Program-made: the position numbers and the translations under genes
Assembly: GCA_036149055.1 (NCBI GenBank)
Contig: JAYZQJ010000155.1
Span: 37,954 to 101,953 of the forward strand
DNA: 64,000 nucleotides
Source of the DNA: Myxococcota bacterium
GTDB lineage: Bacteria; Myxococcota_A; Polyangia; Polyangiales; Sandaracinaceae
Direction: 5' to 3'
Shown: positions 54,408 to 64,000 of the stretch, piece by piece
Layout of the letters: every line of letters starts with the position of its first letter
Numbering within the stretch: the first letter of the stretch is position 1
The notes under the pieces: generated by a model
The model's database searches: none
Told to the model about the DNA's origin: nothing
Seen by the model: the letters and a program-made list of their open reading frames with translations, nothing else

Positions 54408-55049
54408 ATGCGTCGTACGACCCTCAGCTCGCTCTGTTGTCTCTTGCTGTGCGCCGCTGGCTGCGGCGCGGCGCACACGGAGGAGGACGCCGGTCTCCGA
54501 GACGCCGGAGGCGACGGGGACGCGGGCAGGGACGCGGGCCCCCGCTCGCCGCTCCTTCAGGTGTTCTTCACCGCGCCGGTCGCCGTGGGCGGAGGCGTCG
54601 CCGGGTTCGACACGGCGTGCAACACGTCCGACCGGCGCCCCTACCCGGACGTCGAGTACGCCGCGCTGGTGATGTCGGACACGCGCCGCGCGTGCACCAG
54701 CGCGAACTGCTCGGACGGGCCGGACGCCCTGGACTGGCCGCTCGTGGCCGACGGCGAGTACGGCGAGCTCGACGCGGTGGTGTTCCGCACCGACGCCAAC
54801 GCGATCGTCACGGAGGCGCCCGCGCGACGGCTGAGCCCGGTCGCCGACGAGTTCAACTTCTGGAGCGGCGCCACCGGGGACTGGACGCCGGCCCCCGCGA
54901 ACCAGTGCTCCAACTGGACGTCGCGGTCGGCCAGCGCGGAGGCGGCCGTCGGCTGGACCGGTGAGCCGATCGACGAGCACTTCCAGGGCGGCCACGGCCT
55001 GATCCCCTGCGACATGAGGGTCCGGCTCCTCTGCGTCGAGCTCCCGTAG
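54408..55049 (+). CDS. Lipoprotein with DUF1554-like (endostatin-like) domain
   Basis: Lipobox AAGC; 'GGVAGFDTAC...YAAL...RRACTSANC...DWPL...WSG...CSNWTS...LLCVE'. Confidence 0.7.
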   Translation: MRRTTLSSLCCLLLCAAGCGAAHTEEDAGLRDAGGDGDAGRDAGPRSPLLQVFFTAPVAVGGGVAGFDTACNTSDRRPYPDVEYAALVMSDTRRACTSANCSDGPDALDWPLVADGEYGELDAVVFRTDANAIVTEAPARRLSPVADEFNFWSGATGDWTPAPANQCSNWTSRSASAEAAVGWTGEPIDEHFQGGHGLIPCDMRVRLLCVELP

Positions 55050-55096
55050 CCCGCCCAGGTGGGGGTCGACACGTCCGCCGCCGAAGGGCTGCAGTA

Positions 55097-58000
55097 TTGA
55101 CGATTCATGAGCTGTTCGAGCACCAGGTGGCGCTCGCGCCCGGCCGGGTCGCGGTGTCGGCGCCCGACGCCGAGGTCACCTTCGAGGAGCTGAACCGTCG
55201 AGCCAACGTTCTGGCCCGCCACCTGCGGGTGACCGGCGTGGCCCCCGGGAGCGTGGTGGGCGTGTTCCTGCCGCGAGGCGCCGCGATGGTCGAGGCCTTG
55301 CTCGCCGTCCTCAAGGCGGGCGCGGCCTACCTGCCCCTCGATCCCGGCTATCCGCCCGAGCGGGTGAGGCTGATGTTGGAGCACTCCGGCTGCCGGTGGG
55401 TCGTGACTCGCCTGGCCCTGCAGCCCAGGGTCCCACCCGGAGCCGCTCGGGTGATCTGCGCCGATGCGCGACCGCCATCCGAGGGGCCCGCGCTCGAGGA
55501 GAACCTCGGGCTCGTGGTGCCCATCGATGCGCCTGCGTACGTCATCTACACGTCGGGCTCCACGGGCGCTCCGAAGGGTGTGGTGGCGCCCCACCGAGGC
55601 GCGCGAAGGCGATTCGAGTGGATGTGGCAGGACTATCCCTTCGAGGAGGGTGAGGTGACCGCGCAGAAGACCTCCCTCAGCTTCGTCGACTCGGTCTGGG
55701 AGATCTTCGGTCCCCTCTGCCGCGGCGTTCCTCTCCACGTCTTCGATGAAGCGATGGTGCGCGATCCATCCGCGTTCATCTCCGCGCTCGCAGCCGCGAG
55801 GGTGTCGCGGATCGTGCTCGTGCCCACCCATCTCCGGATGCTCCTCGATGCCGAGCCGCACCTCGGAGACGCGCTGCCTCGCCTGCGGCTGTGGTCCGTC
55901 AGCGGCGAGCACCTTCCCCGCGATCTCGCCAGCCGGTTCCTCGCCGCCGCGGGAGGTGCCACGCTGCTCAACCTCTACGGGTCGTCCGAGGTCGCTGGCG
56001 ACGTGACATGGCACGAGGTCGCGAGCCCCGTCCCGGAGGTCGTCCCCATCGGCCGGCCGATCCCCCGCACCTCCATTTGCATCCTCGACGACGCGCTCCG
56101 CCCGGTGGCGCCAGGCGAGACGGGGGAGCTGCACGTCGGCGGCGAGAGCCTCGCCGTGGGTTACCACCTGGCCCCGCGAGAGACGGCCACGCGGTTCATT
56201 CCGGATCCCTCCTCGAGTTGCGCAGGCGAGCGCCTCTTCAAGACCGGTGACCTCGTGCGGCGCCTGGCCGACGGCGAGCTCGCGTACCGGGGGCGGAGCG
56301 ATCACCAGGTGAAGATCCGCGGGCATCGCGTCGATCCGACAGAGGTCCAAGCGCAGCTCTCGGCGCACCCGCTCGTGCGCGAGTGTGCGGTCGTCTCCGA
56401 CGGTCCCGAGGACGCTCGGCGCCTGGTGGCCTTCTGGGTGCCACGGCAGGACGCGGAAGGAGCAGCCGCGGCGATCCGGAGGAGCCTCGCGAGCCAGCTT
56501 CCCGCGTTCATGGTGCCGTCGCAGTGGGTCGTTCTGAGCGCGCTGCCTCTCACGCCGAATGGAAAGCTGGACCGCCAGGCGCTCATCGTGCCGGCCGTGA
56601 AGGCGAGCGAGAACCCCGCCCACGCCGACGCGAAGGTGAGCGCTCTGTCGGAGATCTGGGCCCGCGTGCTCCGCGTCGAGACCGTGTCTCCCCAGGACAG
56701 CTTCTTCGACCTCGGCGGGGACTCGCTGCTCGCGCTGAAGGTCTGCGCACAGGCGCGCAAACGAGGGCTCGCGCTCACGCCACGCGAGCTCTCCGCCCAC
56801 CCCGTGCTCGAAGACCTCGCGGCCGTCCTCTCCGACGAGCCCTCCACCGCGCTCGGGCGGGCGCGAGCCACGAGCGCCGGCGAGGACATCCCGCTGACAC
56901 CCAGCCAGTCGTGGTACTTCGAGCTGTTCGGTGACTTCGCGCCGCACCACACGTGGATCGAGTCCACGATCCTCGAGGTCGCGCCGCCCGCCCGTGCCGA
57001 GGTGATCGAGCGCGCGTCCCGTCGCCTGATCGAGCGGCACGAGATGCTGCGCGCCCGCTTCGCTCGCCGGCCCGACGGGACCTGGCGGCAGTGGGTAGCC
57101 GAGCCGTCCGACTGCGACCCGTTCCTGCGGGTGGACGTGGCGGCGCTCTCCGACGCCGAGCGCAGGGAGGAAGTGGAGCGATTCGGCTTCGCGATCCAAG
57201 ACCGGCTCGATCTCGCGAGGGGACCGCTCTTTCGCGTCGTCTTCTTCGACGCTGGGCCTCGTCGCCCCGGTCGACTTCTGGTCCTCACCCACCACCTGAT
57301 CTCCGACGGCCAGTCCCTCGATGTGCTCTTCGAGGAGCTGGACCTCGCCTACGAGGAGGCGCTGACGGGTCAGCCGGTCGATCTCCCTCCAACCACCGAG
57401 AGCTTCAGGGACTGGGCTCGACAGCGCGCCGAGACCGCGCAGAGCGCCCGGACGCAGTCGGAGATCGGCTACTGGCGGAGCTGCGCCGGACCTCCTGCGC
57501 CGCGCGACCGCCTGGAGCGTACGCCGCACCTGACCTCCAATCGGACCGTCGTGGATCAGCTGGACGAATCGACCACGAACACGCTGCTACAGCGCGCAAG
57601 GCAGGCATACGGCGCCAGGATGCACGAGGTGCTGCTCGCCGGGCTCGCCCGCGTCGTCGCTCGCCGGAGTGGCCAGCGTGCGGTCCTGATCGCGATCGTG
57701 ACCCACGGGCGCGACGCCCTCGAGCTGGACGTCAGCCGCACGATCGGCTGGTTCAGCGACTTCTATCCGTTGCGCCTCGAGCTCGCCCCGGACGACCCGC
57801 CGCGGCGCGTGATCGCGGCGGTCCGCGCGCAGCTCGATGCGGTGCCGGACCGCGGTCACGGCTACGCGCCGCTTCGATTCACCGACCCGGCCCGGCCCCT
57901 CGGCGCCGCACGGATGCCTTCGCTGGTCTTCAACTACGGCGGCGAGGGCCGGCTCGATGACCAGCTGCGCCACCGTCGCCTGAGGGTGGTGGACGAGCCG

Positions 58001-58171
58001 ACCGGCAGTCACGAGCCGCCGTCGGTCCCGACACCGATGCACGCGACCCTCTTCGCTGCCATCGAAGGCGGCAGGCTCCGCCTGTCGTGGGTCTACAACG
58101 CCGACGTGCTCGACGAGGCGACCGTCCGCGGCCAGCTCGACGACCTGGTGACCTGGCTGCTCGAAGGCTAG
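55097..58171 (+). CDS. Stand-alone NRPS module: adenylation, thiolation, epimerization-like condensation domain
   Basis: YVIYTSGSTGAPKGV, NLYGSSE, FKTGDL, QVKIRGHR, PLTPNGKLDR; FFDLGGDSL; HHLISDG, SRTIGWF, VPDRGHGY, FNYGG; TTG start. Confidence 0.93.
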   Translation: MTIHELFEHQVALAPGRVAVSAPDAEVTFEELNRRANVLARHLRVTGVAPGSVVGVFLPRGAAMVEALLAVLKAGAAYLPLDPGYPPERVRLMLEHSGCRWVVTRLALQPRVPPGAARVICADARPPSEGPALEENLGLVVPIDAPAYVIYTSGSTGAPKGVVAPHRGARRRFEWMWQDYPFEEGEVTAQKTSLSFVDSVWEIFGPLCRGVPLHVFDEAMVRDPSAFISALAAARVSRIVLVPTHLRMLLDAEPHLGDALPRLRLWSVSGEHLPRDLASRFLAAAGGATLLNLYGSSEVAGDVTWHEVASPVPEVVPIGRPIPRTSICILDDALRPVAPGETGELHVGGESLAVGYHLAPRETATRFIPDPSSSCAGERLFKTGDLVRRLADGELAYRGRSDHQVKIRGHRVDPTEVQAQLSAHPLVRECAVVSDGPEDARRLVAFWVPRQDAEGAAAAIRRSLASQLPAFMVPSQWVVLSALPLTPNGKLDRQALIVPAVKASENPAHADAKVSALSEIWARVLRVETVSPQDSFFDLGGDSLLALKVCAQARKRGLALTPRELSAHPVLEDLAAVLSDEPSTALGRARATSAGEDIPLTPSQSWYFELFGDFAPHHTWIESTILEVAPPARAEVIERASRRLIERHEMLRARFARRPDGTWRQWVAEPSDCDPFLRVDVAALSDAERREEVERFGFAIQDRLDLARGPLFRVVFFDAGPRRPGRLLVLTHHLISDGQSLDVLFEELDLAYEEALTGQPVDLPPTTESFRDWARQRAETAQSARTQSEIGYWRSCAGPPAPRDRLERTPHLTSNRTVVDQLDESTTNTLLQRARQAYGARMHEVLLAGLARVVARRSGQRAVLIAIVTHGRDALELDVSRTIGWFSDFYPLRLELAPDDPPRRVIAAVRAQLDAVPDRGHGYAPLRFTDPARPLGAARMPSLVFNYGGEGRLDDQLRHRRLRVVDEPTGSHEPPSVPTPMHATLFAAIEGGRLRLSWVYNADVLDEATVRGQLDDLVTWLLEG

Positions 58172-58178
58172 CGGCGCG

Positions 58179-58955
58179 CTAGCGATCGACGAGCTCGCCG
58201 CCGAGGTTCTGGACGCTCGCGTTGCCGTCGGCGCGGGTGGCGGGGGAGCCCTCGACGCGGCCGGCGGTGAGCCGCACCGAGGCGTTGCCGTGCGCCTCCA
58301 CTCCGACGCCGTCCGAGACGATGGTCACGTTCTCGAGCGAGGCGTTCTTGTTGCCTTCGAGCAGGAGCCCGGCGGCCGTGGTCTGGAGGGTCACGTTGCG
58401 CAGTCGGATGGCGCGGTTGCCGGTGGCGGCGATCCCGACGGCGGCGGTGATCGTGGAGTCCTCGATCGTGACGGCGCAGTTGGCGTCGGCGGTGATCGCG
58501 GTCTGGCCGGGCAGGTTCGCGGTGACCCCCGAGACGTGGAGCTCGTCGTTGCCGCCGCAGCTCAGGGGAGCGCTGCCGTCCCAGGTGGCGAGGCCGAGCC
58601 CCCCGAGCACGCTCGACGGCGCGCCGCCGCGCTGGGCCATGAACACCGCGACCACCGCGGCGATGGCCACGCCCAGCCCGACGAGGGAGATCACGCCGCC
58701 GAGGCAACCGCTGACGCCGCGCGTGGCCGCGCCCACCGCCGCCGACGTGCCGGCGGCCTGCTGGATGGCGCGCAGCGTCGCCGCCCGGTCCGCCTCGGTC
58801 CACTGCGCGGGCTGCTGCCAGCTCGGCGGGGTCACCGCGGCGAGCGTGCGGGTGGAGGCGACCTTGTTCGACTTGTCGCAATAGGCGCACTTCACGAACC
58901 GGTCGTTCGGTCCGCAGTCCAGCGGCGCGCCGCAGTTCCCGCACTCGACGAGCAT
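58179..58955 (-). CDS. Zinc ribbon + TM + extracellular beta-helix-like protein
   Basis: CGNC...CAYC; TM helix; repeated 'I.A.GN..V.L' units. Confidence 0.75.
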   Translation of the reverse strand: MLVECGNCGAPLDCGPNDRFVKCAYCDKSNKVASTRTLAAVTPPSWQQPAQWTEADRAATLRAIQQAAGTSAAVGAATRGVSGCLGGVISLVGLGVAIAAVVAVFMAQRGGAPSSVLGGLGLATWDGSAPLSCGGNDELHVSGVTANLPGQTAITADANCAVTIEDSTITAAVGIAATGNRAIRLRNVTLQTTAAGLLLEGNKNASLENVTIVSDGVGVEAHGNASVRLTAGRVEGSPATRADGNASVQNLGGELVDR

Positions 58956-59025
58956 GCCCCGAGGATGCGAGGCGGCCCGGCCGCGCGCAATGCACCGGGG
59001 TTGTCGTCGGGCGTGAAGCTCGGCG

Positions 59026-59769
59026 ATGATGCGCCCCATGATCAGATGGGGGTGCATGGCGCTCATGATCGCCGCGTGGTCGGGGGTGGCGCACGCGCAG
59101 GAAGCGACGGCCACACGAGACGCGGAGGCGCGGAGCGTCTTCGAGGCGGGCACGGTGGCGTTCGACGACGCGCGCTACGCGGACGCGCTCTCGTACTTCC
59201 AGCGCGCGTACGAGCTCAGCGAGCGGCCGGCGCTGCTCTACAACATCGGCGTGGCCGCCGACCGGCTCCGCCAGGACGAGGTCGCGCTCGACGCGTTCGA
59301 GCGGTTCCTCGAGCTGGTGCCGGACCACCCGCGGCGACGCGACGTGCTCGCGCGGGTCGAGGTGCTCCGGGCCGCGGTCGCGCGGGGCGAGAGCAGCGCG
59401 CCGCCCGACGCGCCGGAGGAGCGCGCGGTCGAGGCCACGGTCCAGCCCTCCCCGAGCGCGCCCGCGGCCGGGCCCGACGTGGGCATGATCGTGGGCGCCA
59501 GCGCGCTCGGCGCCGCCGGCCTCGCCGCCATCGCGGTCGGCCTCGCGGGCGCGATCGGGGGCGGAGAGTGCCTCGACCGCGTCGGCGACACCTGCGTGGA
59601 GGAGCGCGCCACCGCGTGGGAGGCGACCGGGCTGTACCTCGGGCTCGGCGGCGCCGCGCTCGCCGGAGCGGTGATCTGGCTGGTCGTCGCGCTCGCGGAC
59701 GGCGGCGGCGGCGAGTCGGCGAGCGCGCTGCGCCTGGGCCCGAACGGAGAGCTGACGTGGACGTTCTGA
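59026..59769 (+). CDS. Secreted TPR protein with C-terminal hydrophobic hairpin (myxobacterial type; start may be 59038)
   Basis: 'EARSVFEAG..AF...RYADAL..FQRAYELS.RPALLYNIG'. Confidence 0.8.
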   Translation: MMRPMIRWGCMALMIAAWSGVAHAQEATATRDAEARSVFEAGTVAFDDARYADALSYFQRAYELSERPALLYNIGVAADRLRQDEVALDAFERFLELVPDHPRRRDVLARVEVLRAAVARGESSAPPDAPEERAVEATVQPSPSAPAAGPDVGMIVGASALGAAGLAAIAVGLAGAIGGGECLDRVGDTCVEERATAWEATGLYLGLGGAALAGAVIWLVVALADGGGGESASALRLGPNGELTWTF

Positions 59770-61100
59770 GGCGCGGGCTGCTCGTGCTGGCGACGGTCTC
59801 CCTGGTGGGCGGCTGCGTGTTCTCCGACCGGTGCGTCGGCGGCGCGACCCGCGACGAGGCGTCGGGGCGCTGCGTGCTCGGCGACGGCGGCGGCGTCACG
59901 GACGGGGGCCTCCGGGACGGCGCGCTCCCCGACGGAAGCGTCGAGGACGGCGGCGGAGACGAGGACGGCGGGATCGACGCGGGCCCGCCGCCGCGCATCG
60001 TCGAGGTGAGCGTCGGGGTGGTGCACGCGTGCGCGCTCGACGATCGCGGCGTGCTGCGCTGCTGGGGCGACAACCGCTCGGGCGCGCTCGGCAGCGGCGA
60101 CACCGCGCCCTTCGACGCCCCCCGCGTGGTCGATCTGGGCGCCCGGGTGACGACCGTGGGAGGCACGGCGCTCCACACGTGCGCGACCACCAGCACGCCC
60201 TCGCTCTTCTGCTGGGGACAGGACATGGAGGGGCAGATCGGAGACGGGGAGGCGAGCGGGACCCCGACGACCTCCCCCTTCGAGCACCCGGGGCTGGGCT
60301 CGCTCAACCAGGTGACCGGTGGGTTCGCGAACACCTGCACGGTCGGGCTCCTGGGCGGCGTCGTGTGCTGGGGCCGGAACGATCGAGGTCAGCTCGGCAA
60401 CGACGCGACGGAGATGACCCAGGCCAGCCCGGGCGACCCCATGGTGGCGCCCGATGGCAGCGAGCTGGAGGGTGTACGGCAAGCGACGGTCGCGGACCGC
60501 CACATCTGCGTCCGCGCGGACGGCCGCGTGTTCTGCGTGGGAGACGGCAACGGAGGAGCGCTCGGCGACGGCACCTTCATGGACCGGACGCGGCCGGTCG
60601 AGGTGGCGGGGCTCACCGGCGTCACCGACATCGCGGCGAGCTTCGCCCACACCTGCGCCGTGGCCTCCGGCGAGGTCTTCTGCTGGGGGGACGGCGCTCA
60701 CGGGCAGGTGGCCCCGGGGTTCACCGCGGTCCAGGGCGCGCCGGTGAGCGTCAGCCTGCCGGCCGCTGCGCAGCAGGTCGTGACCGGCGAGAAGCACTCC
60801 TGCGCGCTGCTCACCGACGGGACCGTTCACTGCTGGGGCACGGACGACGGAGGCGCGCTGGGCGACGCGGCGACGCACTCGGGGCCCGCCGGCCCGGTGC
60901 AGGTCGAGGGGCTCACCGACGTGACCTCGCTCTCCGCCAGCTTCGTGGGCCTGACGTGCGCCCTGACCGACGCCGCGGAGCTCTGGTGCTGGGGCCAGGA
61001 CGCGATCGAGCTGCTGGGCGGGCCGATGGCCGGGGCGAACACCGTCTTCCTCGACGGCGAGACCCAGCACGACACGCCGGTGCGCGTCGACCCTCTCTGA
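59757..61100 (+). CDS. RCC1-repeat lipoprotein
   Basis: Lipobox VGGC; repeats H(A/T)CA...G.V.CWG.N..GQLG; GGAGA upstream of GTG. Confidence 0.9.
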   Translation: MDVLRRGLLVLATVSLVGGCVFSDRCVGGATRDEASGRCVLGDGGGVTDGGLRDGALPDGSVEDGGGDEDGGIDAGPPPRIVEVSVGVVHACALDDRGVLRCWGDNRSGALGSGDTAPFDAPRVVDLGARVTTVGGTALHTCATTSTPSLFCWGQDMEGQIGDGEASGTPTTSPFEHPGLGSLNQVTGGFANTCTVGLLGGVVCWGRNDRGQLGNDATEMTQASPGDPMVAPDGSELEGVRQATVADRHICVRADGRVFCVGDGNGGALGDGTFMDRTRPVEVAGLTGVTDIAASFAHTCAVASGEVFCWGDGAHGQVAPGFTAVQGAPVSVSLPAAAQQVVTGEKHSCALLTDGTVHCWGTDDGGALGDAATHSGPAGPVQVEGLTDVTSLSASFVGLTCALTDAAELWCWGQDAIELLGGPMAGANTVFLDGETQHDTPVRVDPL

Positions 61101-61140
61101 GCGCGGGCGCCCGGCGCGGTCGCGCGCCATGCTTCCCGCC

Positions 61141-62076
61141 ATGCACGACCTCGCCGTCCTGTTCGAGCATCCGTCCTGGCAGGAGCCGCTGTTCGCCGCC
61201 CTCGAGGCGCGCGGCGTCGACTTCGTCGCCATCGATCTGAAGAAGGCGGCCTACGGGTCGGACGACGCGCCGCCGGCGAAGGTGGTCTTCAACCAGGCGA
61301 GCCCCAGCGCCTACGTGCGGGGGCACGAGCGCGCGGTCCCGCACGCGCTGGCGTTCATGCGGCACCTCGCGCACCTCGGCTGCGACGTCATCAACGGCGC
61401 GGAGGGCTTCGCGCTCGAGCTCTCGAAGGCGGCGCAGGTCGCCCTCTGCCGCGAGCTCGAGATCGATCACCCGCGCTCGGTCGTGTTCAACGACGTCGAG
61501 GCCGCCATCGCGCGCACCGACTCGTGGCCGCGTCTCCTCAAGCCCGACCTCGGCGGGAGCGGGGCGCGCATCGAGGTGATCGACGGCCCGGACGCGCTCC
61601 GCGCCGCGCTGGCGGACGAGGGAGTCTGGGCGCCGGACAACCTCTTCCTGCTGCAGGAGTATCTCGAGCACGACCCGGCGCAGGGCATCGTCCGGCTCGA
61701 GATCCTCGGCGGCGAGCTGCTCTACCCGATGCGCGTGGTGACGCACGGGCGCTTCAACCTCTGCCCTTCGCCGGTCTGCAACCCGGAGGACGGGAGCGAC
61801 GGCGTCTGCGCGGTGCCCGACGTCGAGGAGAAGCCGGTCGAGTTCTACCCGCTCCACGACGCCCCGGAGGAAGCGGTCGAGGCGGCGCGGCGCATCCTGC
61901 GGGCCGCGAAGATCGACGTCGGCGGGGTCGAGTACCTCGAGACCCCGGACGGCCGACGCGTCTTCTACGACGTCAACGCGAACTCCAACCTCCGGCCGAG
62001 CGTGGCCGCCGCGTTCGACGTGAAGCCCTTCGAGAGGGTGGTGGACTTCCTCGTCGGACGCATCGAGCGCGCCTGA
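61141..62076 (+). CDS. ATP-grasp ligase (RimK/glutamate-ligase-like)
   Basis: 'VING.....LELSKA.Q', 'KPDLGGSGARI', 'LLQEYL', 'IDVGGVEYL', 'YDVNANSN'. Confidence 0.88.
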   Translation: MHDLAVLFEHPSWQEPLFAALEARGVDFVAIDLKKAAYGSDDAPPAKVVFNQASPSAYVRGHERAVPHALAFMRHLAHLGCDVINGAEGFALELSKAAQVALCRELEIDHPRSVVFNDVEAAIARTDSWPRLLKPDLGGSGARIEVIDGPDALRAALADEGVWAPDNLFLLQEYLEHDPAQGIVRLEILGGELLYPMRVVTHGRFNLCPSPVCNPEDGSDGVCAVPDVEEKPVEFYPLHDAPEEAVEAARRILRAAKIDVGGVEYLETPDGRRVFYDVNANSNLRPSVAAAFDVKPFERVVDFLVGRIERA

Positions 62077-62132
62077 GGCCGTTCGGCATTTCCCTCGCGA
62101 CCGGGGCCGGAACGCGGCACCATGGTCGCTCG

Positions 62133-63626
62133 ATGTCCGAGGACGACAGCGCATCCACGCCGCGCAAGAAGTCGGCGCGAAAGGCCACGCTGATCGGCAT
62201 GGCGGTGATGACGGAGGACGGCCCCGCGCTGAAGCTCCAGGACGACGCGCCGCCGCGCGAGGACGAGGCGCCTCCGAAGAAGAAGCCGATCCCGCCTCCG
62301 CCGCCGCCGAAGAAGTCGGTGAAGCCGCCGTCGCTCTCGGGCGGGGTCTATTCGCCGAAGCGACCCGCGTCGTGGAAGGCCATCGCGGCGGCGCTGGAGA
62401 GTCACGCGCAGAAGACGCCGAGCGCGCCGCCGCCCAAGCCGGCGTCGAAGGTCTCGGTCTCGACCGAAACCGTGGCCGACGCCGAGACCGAAGCCGAGAC
62501 CGAAGCCGAGACCGCGGCCGAGACCGAAGCCGAGACCGAAGCCGAGACCGCGGCCGAGACCGAAGCCGAGACCGCGGCCGAGACCGCGGCCGAGACCGAA
62601 GCCGAGACCGAAGCCGAGACCGAAGCCGAGACCGCGGCCGAGACCGCCGCCGAGACCGCCGCCGAGCCCGAAGGCGAGACCGCGGCCGAGGCGGAGGTCG
62701 CCGAGGTCGACGTGGACGCGGACGCGGCCCCGGACACGGTGCTCGACATGCCCACGGTGAAGGGGATCGGGGCCGACATGCCGACGCCGGTGCTCGGGAC
62801 CGAGGCGGTGGGGCGGGATCTCGCGCCCCACATGCCGACGCCGATCCTCGGCTCCGAGACGGTCGACCGCGGGGAGCCGCCCCCGAAGCGCGGCAGCGGC
62901 GGGCTCCTGATCGGGGCCGCCGTGGTCCTCGGGGTCGCGATCCTGGGGGGCGCGGCGGTGTTCGCGCTCGGCGGCGACGACGCCGAGACGCCCGCTCCCG
63001 TGGCCGAGGAGACGGCCGCAGACGAAGCCCCCGCCGAGGAGACCGCCGAGGAGCCAGCCGACGAGATGGAGGAGCCGCCGACCGAGGCGGTTGCCGAGGA
63101 GGCGCCGGTCCTGGCGCCGGAGGACGAGGTCACCGCGCCGGAAGAGACCGAGGAGGTCGCCGAGGAGGCGCCGGGCGAAGCGACCACGCGGGAGGCGATG
63201 CTCGCCTTCGAGCTCGAGCCGCCGAGGCCGAGCCGACGCGTGTCGCGGCTCTCGCAGGCGGACCGCCGTCGCCGCGCCAGCCGGGCCAAGCGGCTCGCGC
63301 TCCGCGCCTACCGGGACGAGGAGCACGCGGAGGCCGAGCGGCTCTACCGTGAGGCGCTCACCTACAACTCCTGGGACGTCGCCGCGATCGAGGGCATGGC
63401 CCGGGCGGTGGCGCAGCAGCAGCGCTACCCCGAGGCGCTCGCCTGGGCGCAGCTCGCGGTGGATCGAAACGCGCGCAGCACCGAGGCGCTGCGCGTGCTC
63501 GGCGACGTCTGGCGCCAGGCCGGCTTCCCCGAGGACGCCCGGAACGCCTACCGCCGTGGCCTCGTGATCGACCGCAACGACCGCTGGCTCCGCCAGCGCC
63601 TCGAGGAGCTCGACCAGGCTCAGTAG
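62133..63626 (+). CDS. Membrane protein with low-complexity Pro/Glu-rich regions and C-terminal TPR
   Basis: Central TM LLIGAAVVLGVAILGGAAVFAL; TPR-like 'EAERLYREAL', 'EALRVLGDVW...ARNAYRRGL'. Confidence 0.8.
   Translation: MSEDDSASTPRKKSARKATLIGMAVMTEDGPALKLQDDAPPREDEAPPKKKPIPPPPPPKKSVKPPSLSGGVYSPKRPASWKAIAAALESHAQKTPSAPPPKPASKVSVSTETVADAETEAETEAETAAETEAETEAETAAETEAETAAETAAETEAETEAETEAETAAETAAETAAEPEGETAAEAEVAEVDVDADAAPDTVLDMPTVKGIGADMPTPVLGTEAVGRDLAPHMPTPILGSETVDRGEPPPKRGSGGLLIGAAVVLGVAILGGAAVFALGGDDAETPAPVAEETAADEAPAEETAEEPADEMEEPPTEAVAEEAPVLAPEDEVTAPEETEEVAEEAPGEATTREAMLAFELEPPRPSRRVSRLSQADRRRRASRAKRLALRAYRDEEHAEAERLYREALTYNSWDVAAIEGMARAVAQQQRYPEALAWAQLAVDRNARSTEALRVLGDVWRQAGFPEDARNAYRRGLVIDRNDRWLRQRLEELDQAQ
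62481..62690 (+). repeat. 12-bp coding tandem repeat GCCGAGACCG(AA/CG/CC), ~17 units, encoding AET(E/A)
   Basis: Units counted directly from 62481 in 12-bp steps. Confidence 0.95.
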
Positions 63627-63928
63627 CTTGACTCGCGATGCCGGCGCCTCCGCAGCCGTCCACGTCGACCGGCCCGGGACGACGGCAGGCGACGAGCGCG
63701 GGGAGGTCGCCCCACGCGCCAACCGCGAGGCTCGATCCCGCGGCAGCGGGCGGCCAGCTCGTGCGCAGCGCGAGCGCGAGCCGCAGGGGACCCAGCGCCC
63801 CGCGCTGGGGTCGGGGCCGAGCGGAGCGAGGCTCCGGAGTGGGTGGGGGGGCCCCGCGGAGCAGGTGCAGCGGCGCGTGCGTAGGGCGCGGATGCGCCCG
63901 GAGTCGCGGGGCGGGGGTGCGGCGCCGC

Positions 63929-64000
63929 CGGGGGGGGGGGGGGGGCCCCCCCCCCCCCCCCCCCGCCAACAGCGGGCCCGCCCCCCCCGCGGCCCCGGGC
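63929..64000. other. Low-complexity poly-G/poly-C, probably unreliable contig end
   Basis: Long G run followed by long C runs at the window end. Confidence 0.7.

Noticed and set aside
58167..58183. Inverted repeat GCTAGCG-GCG-CGCTAGC joining two convergent stop codons
   Set aside because: Largely explained by two facing TAG stops; no U-tract, so too weak to call a terminator
55097..62076. NRPS plus ATP-grasp ligase as one biosynthetic cluster
   Set aside because: Separated by three unrelated envelope genes, one on the opposite strand; no evidence of co-regulation
63929..64000. Poly-G/poly-C as a G-quadruplex or phase-variation tract
   Set aside because: Lies at the extreme end of the sequence amid degraded low-complexity bases; more likely a sequencing or assembly artefact

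Overview
A very GC-rich, gene-dense window, most likely from a myxobacterium (Polyangiales/Sandaracinus-like). This is inferred from DUF2378, AgmX/PglI-like, MYXO-CTERM-like, Cys-rich lipoprotein and RCC1/TPR genes. About 50 real CDS are present; most long ORFs in the six-frame track are GC-rich shadow frames. I saw no rRNA, tRNA, CRISPR, integrase or transposase. Main loci: (1) a translationally coupled operon of an AddB-like protein that appears nuclease-dead, an AddA-like protein with an extra C-terminal domain, and a RelE-like/UvrD fusion (3439-11785). (2) An orphan T6SS spike cluster: vgrG with a large internal insert, two pentapeptide-repeat genes, DUF3540, DUF4150 PAAR-like and DUF2169 (15660-25360). 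(3) GH38 + DUF6134 + GT21 genes (30724-35132). (4) Three tandem, diverged zinc-ribbon membrane-protein paralogues that each begin with a near-identical 102-bp DNA block (45231-50408). (5) A surface EGF-stalk protein with an N-terminal CxxCH motif. (6) A pseudokinase. (7) A stand-alone A-T-E-like NRPS module with a beta-alanine/Ebony-type adenylation pocket. Several genes look leaderless (TAnnnT 5-8 nt before the start codon). The last ~70 bp are low-complexity poly-G/C, probably a contig-end artefact. All family assignments come from motif recognition by eye, not database searches.
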